Positions 37,152-49,017 of a DNA stretch of 55,169 nucleotides are shown piece after piece. The DNA is from Gonapodya sp. JEL0774 (Eukaryota): positions 124,001-179,169 of the forward strand of contig JADIIX010000033.1 of assembly GCA_027604505.1 (NCBI GenBank). The letters run 5' to 3'. A model generated the notes under the pieces. That model had not been told where the DNA came from. It worked only from the letters and a program-made list of their open reading frames with translations, and made no database searches. The translations under genes were made by a program, and so were the position numbers. How positions within the stretch are numbered: position 1 is the stretch's first letter; each line of letters opens with the position of its first letter.

Positions 37152-39751
37152 TCAGACAAAAACAGCTGTGGAGTACTCCGTGCTACATTTGGGGCATGTT
37201 CGCCGACTAAAACTCAGCACGCACGTGCTACAGAATGTGTGCCCTATTAATACATATATGTCATCACATTCAGCATTCTGTTACGAAAATGAAAAAATTG
37301 GCTATCTGAACCCACCGCATTTTTGTGATTTCCCTAATAGCGCCATCGGTTGATGCTCTTTGTCGTCAAAAGCGCACCGGCAAATGCTGCAACATGTTCG
37401 TCCAACGAGCTTAGACAGAACTGCAACTTCTGCTCCAACTTTATCACCGACGGTTTGGAGAGCGTTCCGTACTGTGAGGAGTGACGACAAAAGTCCCTCT
37501 GTGGTCTGAAGTGAAGCCTTCGACTTTTGGAACACCGCAAGCCGGTCCTGCACTCGTTCAATGGGAGAAAAGAGATCAACTACAGAAGAGAGTCCGTTGT
37601 TACCGGAAAGGGATTGCAGAGATATCTGATTGACAAGTTTGTCCATTTTTGGTTTGAGCGCGTTCAAGTCTGTTATTGACTCTTCAACTGGTCTCAGTGC
37701 ATCGTAGTAGGACCGAAATGCTGAAACTTCGAGCTGTTGTACGTCCATGATGGCTGCTTGGAGTTGTGAATGTGAGTGAGCGAGCGTTTGCGCATAAGAG
37801 TCAATATTTTGCCAAACGCTCTTTGTTGTTGTCTCAGCGGCATTCTTTGAGGAATTGTGAGTCTGACCAGGAGAAGAGCCACCACTGGATTGTTGCTGCG
37901 GTGTCACGGAGGGTAATTGCTGTGTCCGATTGGGGGAGGTGGTTGGTACTGAGGGAAGCGGCGGTCGCGATGGAAGTACATTGGACACAGCAACTGTCAC
38001 GACAACAGGTATAGCGGACCCTGTGATCGGACCAAGAGACATTGCTTCTTCTTTCTCTTTTTCATTCTTGTTCGCGAGGTCACCAAGTCCAACCTGCCCC
38101 CCGTAACTCTTCGCGATCGACTGAAGAGTTCGTACCAAACCAACAGGGAGGTCAATAGTGTCCACAGGTAGTGTAGCAAGCTTTAGCACTTGTTGATGGT
38201 GTTCGCCCAAGATCTTACTCAGCGGAATCCCGATTTGCGGAATGGTAATGTTGAGGGTGGCCACCTTCGGAGGGGAGCTCGGGGAAGCCCCGACGTTCTC
38301 CTTCACCACATGCTGCGAGCTCTGTGAGCTTGGCGATTGAGAACGCGCAAGAGCATCAGTGCTCCCGCCTGCTTTGGGAAGCGAAGATCCGGTCAGCGAA
38401 GATTTTGTAGCCGTCGCTTCTACCGTTCCTGCGGTCAATCCTTTGCCTGTCGGCAGCAGTCTTCCAATACCCAAGAACGCCATCGTTCCGCCACCTTGCC
38501 CATGTGATGCACCAGCATGACCTTGCCCACCACCAGAGTTGGCCGCACCACCAAATGAAAACTCTGCATTACCCGGACGCGCTGAAGAGGCCTGCTTTTC
38601 AACAATAAGGGCAGCTTGCGTTAGTTGATCGAGCAGAGTGAAAATTTCGCGGTGACCGGCTTCTTTTGCGAGCTCGACGGGTGTCATGCCGTCTTGTAGG
38701 GAAGGGTTGAGGTTTGAACACCGTCACATAAGCGCAGAGATCGAATAAACTCACCTCTGTCCTTCCCAACAAAGTCACAGCCAGCCTGTAACAATAGTTT
38801 TACAATATCCGTGTGACCCCTCTGCGCAGCCAGGTGCAGGGCGCTCTGCCCAAACTCATTGGTCAAGTCCACAAACTTTCTCAGGCCTGCCGCTGGTATT
38901 TTTTCAAGCATGAGTGCTACGCACTCCGTCGCACCATTTTCTGCCGCCCGCATAAGGGCCGTCCAGCGGCGTAGGTCTTGATGCAGAAGGTTAAGAGGAC
39001 GTTTCAACGCAGAGGTACATTCTAGGAGACCTCGGGCTGCTTCAGGCAGGTTATTTTCGGCTGCTAGTATGAGAAGGGTTTTGCCTTCACTGTTGGCGAC
39101 ATTGACGTCGAGACTTTTCGTTCAGAGGGAGTGCGAAGCCCGGGATATGATTCGCATCCGGATTTTGATGTTGTGAAACAGGGAAACGTACCCCTTCTCC
39201 ACCAGCGCCGTTAAGATTTGCAAATCTGTCTTCCACCATACTGACGCCTGAGAACATCTCATCATCTCCGCGGTGCAGTTAGCAGCGTCACGCACATTGG
39301 GGTCGGCACTGAATCGGATCCCAACGAGGAGTTACCCCACGCAACGCTAAAAACTGGAAAAGACCAATCATCATTCACTCACCCTCTATCTAAAAGGAGT
39401 TTCACGATTGGTAAGTCGCTTAACCCGACGGCTACCATCAGAGGAGTCCTTCCCGAATTCTGTGCCCCAGCTCCTGAAGGAGATGATGTGGTCGTGGATA
39501 GTACATCCATCCGAGCATTGGCAAGAGCAGGTTTCATATCTTAAGTCACATAATTGATATGATCGACAAATGTGTTCAAACCCGATTCAGTACACAAGCA
39601 AGAGACGATTATCATGAGCAATTCAGCAGTGAGGAGTTCGCAGGAAGATATGATTCTCTAACCCTCAAACTCAATTCGCACCAAGTAGCTTCTTCGTGGA
39701 CTCGAAGTCCCCGTCCCGTATTACACGAATGAGGTCATTGAGCGTGGCCAT
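37152..39751 (-). CDS. Ankyrin-repeat protein with a low-complexity/coiled-coil middle and a C-terminal C3HC4 RING finger (putative E3 ligase)
   Basis: Ankyrin motifs GRTPLMVAV..IVKLLLDRG, GKTLLILAAE, WTALMRAAENG, GQSALHLAAQRGHTDIVKLLLQAG, TPVELAKEAGH. RING CSIC..KC|GHTFCSTC..CPKC is completed across an intron (~37240-37314). Confidence 0.85.
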
Positions 39752-39805
39752 TCCCAACAGCAAAGTCAGCCGATGGCGACGAAGCCGTGAGGATTGAGCT
39801 CCAAG

Positions 39806-39813
39806 GTCACGTG
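39806..39813. promoter_or_regulatory. GTCACGTG E-box in the ankyrin-RING/NPHP1 divergent promoter
   Basis: Same octamer as at 21571, located about 55 bp upstream of the ankyrin gene ATG. Confidence 0.35.
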
Positions 39814-40137
39814 ATCGAACGGGTAAGCGTCTGGAGCACCGATGCGATGCAGACGGGGTTGTTGATCTTTATGCGGACCAGCCTGGGTTGGGGGCAGCCA
39901 CCGTTTACAGAGGACAACGCCACTCCACCACTACTGGCATGGATATTGCTGGTCAACGCAATAAACCTAAAGCTACTGTTCCTATGATTTAAATGCCTCA
40001 TTTTGGACAGCTGGGAAAGTATTCAATTTCGAAGCTCACCTGTGTGCAATACAGAATTATGTAAACGTTCCACCGACAGACCAATTGCTTTTATATTGGG
40101 GTGCTCGTAGTAGATCTAAACTTGCGCCAGCAAACTG

Positions 40138-42721
40138 ATGAATTCAGCTGTTGAGCGCTCATTTCTTACTCAATTGACGGATTGCCCTCACTCCAATCAC
40201 AACTGTGAAACCAGGCATTCTAAACACGATCGACGAAAACTTAGACGAGAAAGAACTCGAAAAGGAAACCTATCCACAATGAATGGATCAGGCGAGCCAG
40301 GTGATCATCGGGAGATTCAAAAACAGTTGCCGCCGTCGAAGATCAACGCTTTCACTTTTCCTTCCAATCCACTCTCAAAACTTTACCACTCTCTCGTTAA
40401 GTTCAAACTCCACCTCCACTGCCGCCGCAGCTGGCACCACTGGTGCACCTCCGTGCAGAATCTGATTATGTTGGCGAATCGTCTGATGAACTTTCGGTCG
40501 TGGAAGGAACCGAGCTTGTGCTCCTCTCCAGTGAAAATGAAGACTGGTGGCTTGTGAAAGATATGCAGGACAGGCAAGGATACGTACCAAGGACGTATTT
40601 GACGATTGTACATGGAGCTGGAGAGCTGGACGGGTGGCGAGAAGGATCTGAATGGGGAGACGCACGGAGTGAATCCGGAAGTCCGACGAGAAGTGTCCGG
40701 AGCTTTGATCTGGGTACGCTTAGTTGATAATGGCGCGTTTGGGTCAACCATCTCAGCTCAAGATGCCTCCTTCCACAGCGTCCCCTTCGGCCACACACCT
40801 GGCCCACCGCCTATCCTACCTATCTCGGGTCCGCCGTCGTTGGTCCTCCGTTTCAGAAAGAGTGAGGTCTGACTTCGGAGAAGTTCCGTCCACCTTTGCG
40901 GAGAGCGTTCTCGGGAGAGCTCGCAGAGAAGGTGGGTAACCATCGCTCACAGACCTTCAGCAGATTGCCAAGATCTCGTATGCTCTGGCAGAAGCAAAGT
41001 GCTATCAATTTAACGTTTATTGTCTCCTCCTCAGGCAAAGGGTCCGTCATTGATTGCCTCCAACCCGCGCGAGCCTTCCATGGAGTCGGACTCGCCGATA
41101 TTGGTCTGGATGCGAATACAAATGAAGTACTTTGTGCCTTCTTCTACTCAACTTGCTTACCTACCGCTTCACCTCCCCTAAAGCTCATTCTTTTCGTTAG
41201 CCACTTCCCCACCCTGTCCCTACTGTACTCACACTGACACTCCACGGTGCCCGTGGAATCACCCCTCCCGGAGCCGACTGCCGCGTGCTGGCGAGACACA
41301 TCCGCTGCGCTCTGTGGGAGGAAGGCACTGGGCTCGTAGGAAACATTCATACGGTTCCCGCTGGGACAGTTGATGAGGGCGGAGGAGAGTGGCGATTCTC
41401 TAAAAAGGTGGATTGTTCCAAATCGTATACTCATCTTCCTGTGCCTCACGTTAGCACTTCTTGCACATCCCATACATCATCTAGCCTTCCCTCCTCTATC
41501 CTCCTCGGGACTCTAGTACCCTGCTTGTCCGAGCTGATCGTCTTCGGCCGGGACTGTGTTTGCTGATCGAAGCATGTGTTGTTTTAGCGAGACTCAATGG
41601 AAATGGAGACAGGGATGACGGTGAATGCGCAGGTGGGTTTCAAGTCCACCAACGTGTTGGAATGGAGTTGTCTTCATTTCATCATCTTATGGATTTACAT
41701 CTCCCCATTTAATTCCTTTTGGCAGAGCTGTCCTCGACATGGGGCCTCCTTCCTCTTTTTACATCCTCTCATCTACCTCTACCTGCCCGCCTTTACTCGG
41801 TAGCGTTCCGGGGCGGGTCCCCTTTGGACTCCCTCTCTGCCCCACCACCATCGCCAGCACCGCGCGCTCGAAAAAAATCAGTGTGGGAAGCAGCAGTGGG
41901 TGCCGTACTGGGAGGTGGGGGAGATGTTGGGGACGCTGTGGTGGAAGTTAGAGTGTGGGGTGGCAAGGTTGCAGGCCAAGTGGAGTGCGTGATCATTTGG
42001 AACTACTTTGCACAACCTCACCGGCGCGCTGGCACCTAGCACTCTTCCCGCTCCTCTCGTTTGCTCTCTTCTTCTTCTTCCCACACTGGTGCAATACCGT
42101 CACCTTCTCGCTCGGGCGTTGCTGCCGAATCCAACCGTCGAACCCGACTTGCGCCCGAGATTTGACCCCACTGTGGCTCTTGTACCAGTGATATTGGAAA
42201 GAGAAGACATGGCCGAGGTGCTGGCAAAGGCGTGGGAAGTAAAGCTGAAGCAATCCGGAAAGAGTGAGAAGGTGAGTGGGCAGTAACTTTCTATTGAATC
42301 TGTGTTGATTCATTTCATGACTTGTCGTTTCCTTTATAAAGAGATCCTTTGAAACCATGTCTCGAAAGTTCACCCAAGCGGTGTTATCCGTTTGGCCCCT
42401 CATTTCATGTGTTGAGCAAAGCGAACTTGGTGGCATTGGCATTGCCACCCCAAAGGCAAGCGTGTGCTCTCTGATGGTACAACGCTTTTCCACAATATTT
42501 ATTCTTGAACCTTCGCACACCATCTGCTGTCCTGCGGTCCTCACCGCAACATTTCACTTCAGCTTGCGTCTTCGCCTGCACATGTTGCAATTTTCCGCTC
42601 AGGACCCACGGCGGCGATGAGTGGCGCATCAGATGTTCTCGGTTGGAAGCCGTTTGACGTGTTAGAGGTGGGCTGGGGAGGGGCCATGCAAGGGATGAGG
42701 GAAGTGCTGGGTGGAAGGTAA
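40138..42721 (+). CDS. NPHP1: Nephrocystin-1-like ciliary transition-zone protein (SH3 plus NPHP1 C-terminal region); 5' end uncertain
   Basis: SH3 YVGESSDELSVVEGTELVLLSSENEDWWLVKDMQDRQGYVPRTYL. Downstream segments RVLARHIRCALW..GNIHTVPA..WRFS, ELSSTWGLLPLF, YRHLLARALL..VILEREDMAEVLAKAW and the terminal KPFDV resemble, in order, my recollection of metazoan NPHP1. Confidence 0.75.
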
Positions 42722-43330
42722 ACAATATCCTTTTCGCACTCTATTTACATTTCGACTCGAAATCTCTCGAATATATATTTGTTGGGACATTTTACTACAG
42801 AGTCTCGTGATCGCAAATGCGGGAAGTCCTTCTTTGAGAATCTTTACTCTCGCGGATCACGATCGAGACACTCACACAAGTATCATTCGATGCATTTCTG
42901 GGCATCCCGTCGAAAAAAGAAACTTGAGCTCCCACTATTTTGCACTGTTGTTACAGGTCGTAGCGACAGGTCAGTGTGATACTAAATGACCTGCTCCAAG
43001 TGCAATACTACATGAGTTTGCTTACAATCAAAAAGTGCAACAATCAAGGGAGTCCAGTTCTTTTCGGTAGCTTGAGGTTTCTGAATGTTGGACCCTGCCA
43101 GTTGTGAAAGTGTGCCAGGCTGTTGGGGCTTGGGTCGCATCTTCCAAAATCCAGACTGGTTTGGCGGACTCTTTTGGGATCGCCCTCCGGACCGTGGTAC
43201 AAATCGGGGAACCCAAGGGAGACCAGGACCAAGACCAAGGAAGACCAGCAGTGCGTTCGAAGCCGTGCAGTGGGCAGGCTGACACACCAGCCAAAGACAA
43301 CAGGAATGACACCTTGCGCGACTCGAACTC

Positions 43331-44066
43331 AAATCCACCAACCAGCCACGAGAAGCCATCAAAAGTTCTTACAAACTTCATTCATTTCAGAGATTCGGGC
43401 ATTTTAACTCGGATTTCTTGGATCTCGTCTGCAGATTCCCGTTGTTGTTAACTAACTGCCAGTCGCCCTGTACACCTTCATAGTCGTGCCACGGGCCCGG
43501 ATTCATCGTCCAGGCTCCTTCAATATTGATCACAGACTTGTGTGGTGAGTCTCTGCCCACGCAGTAAAGGATCTGGAAGTTTGCGGTTGGTCTGGTGGCC
43601 ACCGTTCCCCTACCGAAATGAATGTTGGCCATTCTGACCTTCTACACCGATCTTTTCCTTTGCTCAATAAATGTCGGAATACGTATCCGCAAGTTTTATG
43701 TACGCGGCCTCCAAACCTGCACCTCAAGGTGATTCGTTGCTCCGGAACACATGACCAAGAACCCTACAAGTATGTATACCACGGAGAGCCTCGCTGCAGC
43801 ATTGCATGTATCAATATGGCAGTCTGGTTATGGCCCTTTTCACAGTTGTGTCAGTGCACGCACTTCTGTGCCAAATGTTTGTATCTTGTAGGCATTCAGG
43901 TTCACCATACATAAACGAGAGCCCACGGGAAGATTCCATTGGTAAGGTGAAAATGCTTTGAGGTTTGTGCATTGGTGCAATCTCCAATTTTTTTTCCGAT
44001 TCGCCACCCTTCGTTGGATTTTCTATACAGAGGAGCCCTGCTCCAGGGTATTCGCCCCTTCGTTTC
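43331..44066. pseudogene. Degenerate duplicated element, copy A (unique part); unidentified, stop-riddled
   Basis: Alignable by eye with 46318-47042 (e.g. aaacttcatt(c/t)atttcagaga, catcgtccaggctccttcaatat, ggatctggaagtttgcgg, atgttggccattctgaccttct, gtgcacgcacttctgtgcc). No intact long ORF. Confidence 0.6.
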
Positions 44067-44515
44067 GCCACAGGAGCTCGTCTCTACCCTTGTCTGCTCC
44101 TCTACAGCTAGATTCTCGTAGTTCTCCGTGCTGCACAGGAGCTCGTCTCTTCCCCTTGCCTGCCCCTTTCTTCGGCACAGGAGCTCGGCTCCTCCCCTTT
44201 TCTGCCCCTCCACAGCTTAGATCCTCGTGGTTCCCTTTTCGGCACAGGAACTCGTCTCCTCCCCTTGTCTACCCCTTTCTTTGGCACAGGAGCCCGCCTC
44301 CTCCCCTTGTCTGCCCCTCCACAGCTATATCCTCGTGGTTCTTTGTTCGGCACAGGAGCTCGTCTCCTCCCTTGTCTGCCCCTTTCGGCACAGGAGCTCG
44401 GCTCCTCCCCTTGTCTTCCCCTCCACAGCTAGATCCTCGTGGTTCTCTTTTCGGCACAGTAGCTTGTCTCCTCCCATTGTCTGCCCTCTTTCTTCCGCAC
44501 AGGAGCTCGTCCCCA
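44067..44515. repeat. Minisatellite array A (8 units plus a partial one; long ~66-bp and short ~42-bp units)
   Basis: Core ggcacaggagctcg(t/g)ctcctccccttgtctgcccct. Unit lengths by eye: 65, 42, 67, 42, 66, 38, 66, 43. Confidence 0.93.
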
Positions 44516-46317
44516 TTCAGTCCACCCTCACTGTGAGATCATCATCATATCTCATAAATATTTGTTTCATGACGAATTGTGTTCCCTCCCCCGTTTCGCT
44601 CGTGAGCACACCGATTTCCGCGCGGGCACCAATCGCGGCACGGGACATCGCTCCCCCGCACTCTAGCCCCATGTCACTGTGAGTTTCTCTTGAAGTTTTA
44701 TCAAGTTCTGATTCATTTGTTTGGTACAGGAACTTTTGTCATTCCCGTCTTCAGCCCTCTAGCAGAGAGCTATCGGCACAGGGGCTAGTTACCTTCCTAT
44801 TCTCCCCCCTCACTTGACACAGGCTTATCTTCCCCATTCTCCCTCACCACCCGACACAGGAGGCGGGCTCTTCTATTCCCTCTCTTTCCCATTCCAGCTT
44901 AAGATCTCTCGTGCACTAATCCATCGCCACAGCTCACGGTTCCCGTTCACAGGCGCTTCTTCGAGCCACCAAACACTTAACCTGTTGCGAAGTCCTTCTT
45001 TTTGCCGTCACAATGGCCTCCTCGCCTTTGTGACCCTGGTAAATAGTTTTTCGTTTTTACTTCGTCGATGCAGGACCTATTTTCTCTCCCTCTTTAGATC
45101 ATGCCGTGTGTTTATTCCAGCTCTGTATTGATAGCGGTCGCAGAGGATATAGTGATTTCGTAGGTGACAGGAAGCGACAAGACGGCTAGGCTCTTTCCAA
45201 TCTTTCGCATTCAACGAGCACCGCTAACAAGAGCAACGGTGATGACTTTGACCAAAGCTCGTCGTCCGTCTGCACGTGACGCTGAGCTAACCTTCTTGCT
45301 TTAGGATCCGATCTCGGTGGGTGTCGTCGTATATGACTTTTAAACTAGCATCGCCCTCCACATTTGTACGTGATTGAAATACGTTGATGGTAACCTTGAG
45401 TTTTCTTGGTTTCATTATTACCAAACCCGTTTCCTGTTGTTTGTGAAACCACAACGCTTGATGGATCACAGTGGAAGGGCGGCAAAGAATAAAATCCAAG
45501 TCCAACACCTAATAGGAATGGAAGTTTCAAAAGGCTTCGACAACCGTATTTCCGTTGCACCACTCCTACTGTAAATTTGTGTGATGGTGTGCTGTGTAAA
45601 TCGAGGTTTGAGAAGAGCATATTGGCGTATTCGACTCTTGTGAAGTACGCAGAGCGACAGGGATCGACGAGGGGGCATCTCGCCTTCATTTTGACGCCAG
45701 CTCGTTGTTGCTTCATTCGGAAGATTTCCTGGTATTACGCGGGATGGAGGATGAACTGCGAGGAAGCGTTGTTTGATCATCATCCGTGTATAGCAGTACT
45801 GAGAATGTACAATTGGAGCTTATGCATTATGATTGTTGGATCGTACGGGGTATATACGTATTTCAGAGTTTCTTGGCACGGGAGTGCAGCCTCTGCTGGA
45901 CGCGGTGTGTGTGTTCCTGGCTGCACCAATGTGGCGCCCCGCAGTGCGCGGATGATCAGAGAGAATTATAGGGTGGGTGGTAATCATCGCTTTGATATCA
46001 AGCCCACGCAACCGATAGCACCACGATAATTGCTTTAACTACTGTTGAGCTATGTACTAATGCTGGGTTTGCAGACGGCATAATACCTATCTAATCGCGC
46101 CGGTGCCGTGGAGGGTCGTCTAAGCGAGAGTGTGTCTTCTGCACAAGGAAAATTGTCGCGGGCGTTGAAGAATTCTCACCACAGTGGTTGATCGTGAAAT
46201 GAAAGATTTTGGATTGCATGATTGAGTCCTTGACAAAGAAAGGCAATGGCCAGACCAACCGATCGGCACGGGAATGGCACCATTTGATTTTGCAACACTT
46301 CATTCAACTTGAACACT

Positions 46318-47042
46318 AAATCACCAAACAGCCACCGGAAACCCGCCAATGGTTGTTGAAAACTTCATTTATTTCAGAGATCCGCGCATTTCAACTCGGT
46401 TTGGTCGGATCTTGTCTCCAGATTCCCGTTGTTGTCAACTGAGGGCCTTCAATTGTCAGTCGCCTTTTCCGCCTTCATAGTCGTGTCACGGGCATGGATC
46501 CATCGTCCAGGCTCCTTCAATATCTATTTCAGACGTGTGTGGTGAATTTCTGCCCACTCAGGAAGGGATCTGGAAGTTTGCGGGTGGTCTGGTGGCTACC
46601 ATTCACAGACCTAAATGTATGTTGGCCATTCTGACCTTCTCCACCAATCTGATCCTTTGCTCAATGAATGTTGGAATACATATCCGCAAGTTTTACGTTA
46701 CGTGACCTCCAACCTGCGCCCCAAGTTGATTCGTTGCTCCAGAGAGAGCCTGTAAGTATGCATTCTAACGGAGTGCCTCGGTGCAGCATTGCATGTATGA
46801 AAATGGCAAGTCTTAGTATCGCTTTTCTCAAACTTGTGTCGGTGCACGCACTTCTGTGCCTATTATTTGTATCCCCTGCATGTATTCCGTTCACCAAGCC
46901 GATTCCGCTGGTAAGTTGAAATTGCTTTGAAGCCTTTGCTTTGAAGTTTTGCGCATCACCTCAATCTCAATTTTTTTTTCGATTCGCAACACTTTCAGAT
47001 ATTGCAAGAGGAGCTCTGCCTCGGTATTCGCCCCTTCTTTTC
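46318..47042. pseudogene. Degenerate duplicated element, copy B (unique part)
   Basis: Same-orientation homologue of 43331-44066, leading into the same minisatellite. Confidence 0.6.
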
Positions 47043-48088
47043 GGCACGGGAGCTCGTCTCCTCCCCTTGTCTGCCCCTCTACAGCTAGATCCTCTTCGCT
47101 TTCTTTGCGGCACAGGAGCTCGTCTCCTCCCCTTGTCTGCCCCTTTCTTCGGTACAAGGGCTCGGTTCCTCCCCTTTTCTGCCCCTCCACAGCTAGATCC
47201 TCTTGTTTCATTTTTCGGCACAGGAGCTCGTCTCCTCCCTTCGTCTGCCCCTTTCTTCGGCACAGGAGCTCGGCTCCTTGCCCCTCCACAGCTAGATCCT
47301 CATGTTTCTCTTTTCGGCACGGGAGCTCGTCTCCTCCCCTTGTGTGCCCTTTTCGTCGGCGCAGGAGCTCGGCTCCTCCCCGTCTGCCCCTCCACAGCTA
47401 CATCCTCTTGGTTCTTTTTCGGCACAGGAGCTCGTCTCCTCCCCTTGTCTGCCCCTCCACAGTTAGCGTCTCGTGGTTCTCTTTTCGGCACAGGAGCTCG
47501 GCTTCTCCCCTTGTCTGCCCCTCTGCAGTTAGTTTCTCGTGGTTCTCTGCTCGGCACAGGAGCTCGGCTCCTCCCCTTATCTGCCCCTCCACAGTTAGCG
47601 TCTCGTGTTTCTCTTTTCGGCACAGGAGCTCGTCTCCTCCCCTTGTCTGCCCCTCCACAGCTAGATCCTCGTGGTTCCCTTTTCGGCACAGGAGCTCGTC
47701 TCCTCCCTTGTCTGCCCTTTTCTTCGGCACAGGAGCTCGGCTCCTCCCCTTTTCTGCCCCTCCACAGCTTAGATCCTCGTGGTTCCCTTTTCGGCACAGG
47801 AGCTCGTCTCCTCCCCTTGTGTGCCCCTTTCTTTGGCACAGGAGCTCGGCTCCTCCCCTCGTCTGCCCCTTAACAGCTAGATTCTCTTGGTTCTCTTTTC
47901 GCCACAGGAGCTCGTCTCCTCCCCTTGTCTGCCCCTCCACAGTTAGCGTCTCGTGGTTCTCCTTTCGGCACAGGAGCTCGGCTCCTCCCCTCTTCTGCCC
48001 CTCCACAGCTAGATCCTCTTGGTTCTCTTTTCGGCACAGGAGCTCTGCTCCTCCCCTTGTCTGCCCCTCCACAGTTAGCGTCTCGTCG
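47043..48088. repeat. Minisatellite array B (18 units; 66-bp long and 42-bp short units)
   Basis: Unit starts at 47043, 47109, 47151, 47217, 47259, 47316, 47358, 47421, 47487, 47553, 47619, 47685, 47726, 47793, 47835, 47901, 47967 and 48033. Confidence 0.96.
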
Positions 48089-49017
48089 TATGGGCTGGCG
48101 TCCTCCGCCATCACAATTCACCTCACAGATCATCGCACACCAAGTTGTCTCGCACCATTTTTTGACATCATAGCCGCCTGATCCCGTTCCAAGGTGCTTC
48201 TTTGATCCGTTCCGGCCCCTCCCCATCAATCAACTTGTCGCGAAGTCCTGGTTCTCACTGGCACTGGAGTGGTCTCCTCAGCTTTGTACATTCTACAAGT
48301 CCAAACGGTCAGATCCATCCTACCTTTTGTTTTTGTTGCTTTTTGTTGTCGGGCTTGGGCAGGACCTATCGTGTCTGCGTCTTGCTTCTTGCTCAACCAA
48401 CCCAAGCTCGGATGTTCTGCTAAAAAAACATGAACGTCCCCATGCCTTCTTCTATTAGCTGAAGTCTTCAGACACTTTCGTGTTCAAAGATCCCCTCTAT
48501 CAGGAAATCCGTCGGTGAGTTCTGATCAACTCTTGTCGTTTGTGTGGATCTCATTGACCGGGTGGGCTGCCGTTCTTGGTCGAGACTCCTATATGGATAT
48601 TTTTTCGTCGTACCTCACTTTGAAATAACTATTGTCATCAACGCTTGTATGCCATTGGAATACGATGACAGTACTTGGGTTGAGTTTCCCATCACTCATA
48701 TCATTACCGAACCGTGTTTGCCCAAACACGAAATGGCGGCAGGTCATCGTCCGTGCCTGTCCGTCAGGGTGGGGAGTGTGCATGTGTTCAAGCGCACAGT
48801 TACCCATTTTGTTATATCGTGTTTCGTCCAACCCACCCGGAGAGTGCATCGGTTGATTTTTATACATTCAGATCATTGTAGCTAACACAAGACTAAGCGA
48901 TAAAAAAAGTTCCCACCCAACAGGCTCGTTCGTTTAAACATGTTTCCTCGCACATCACCCGGTCCACGGCCTCCCCCCCACCCCCCAACCATCGCCAAAG
49001 CCCTCCCCGTCGGACCC

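Noticed and set aside
39760..40140. RFX X-box upstream of the putative ciliary gene NPHP1
   Set aside because: Only partial, non-consensus matches were found.
43331..47042. The duplicated segments as LTRs of a retrotransposon
   Set aside because: I found no TG...CA ends, PBS/PPT or gag/pol remnants between the copies.
47043..48088. CRISPR-like array (about 36-bp core plus 30-bp intervening sequence gives a 66-bp period)
   Set aside because: The intervening segments are variants of one sequence or a 6-bp stub, not unique spacers. There are no cas genes and the context is eukaryotic.
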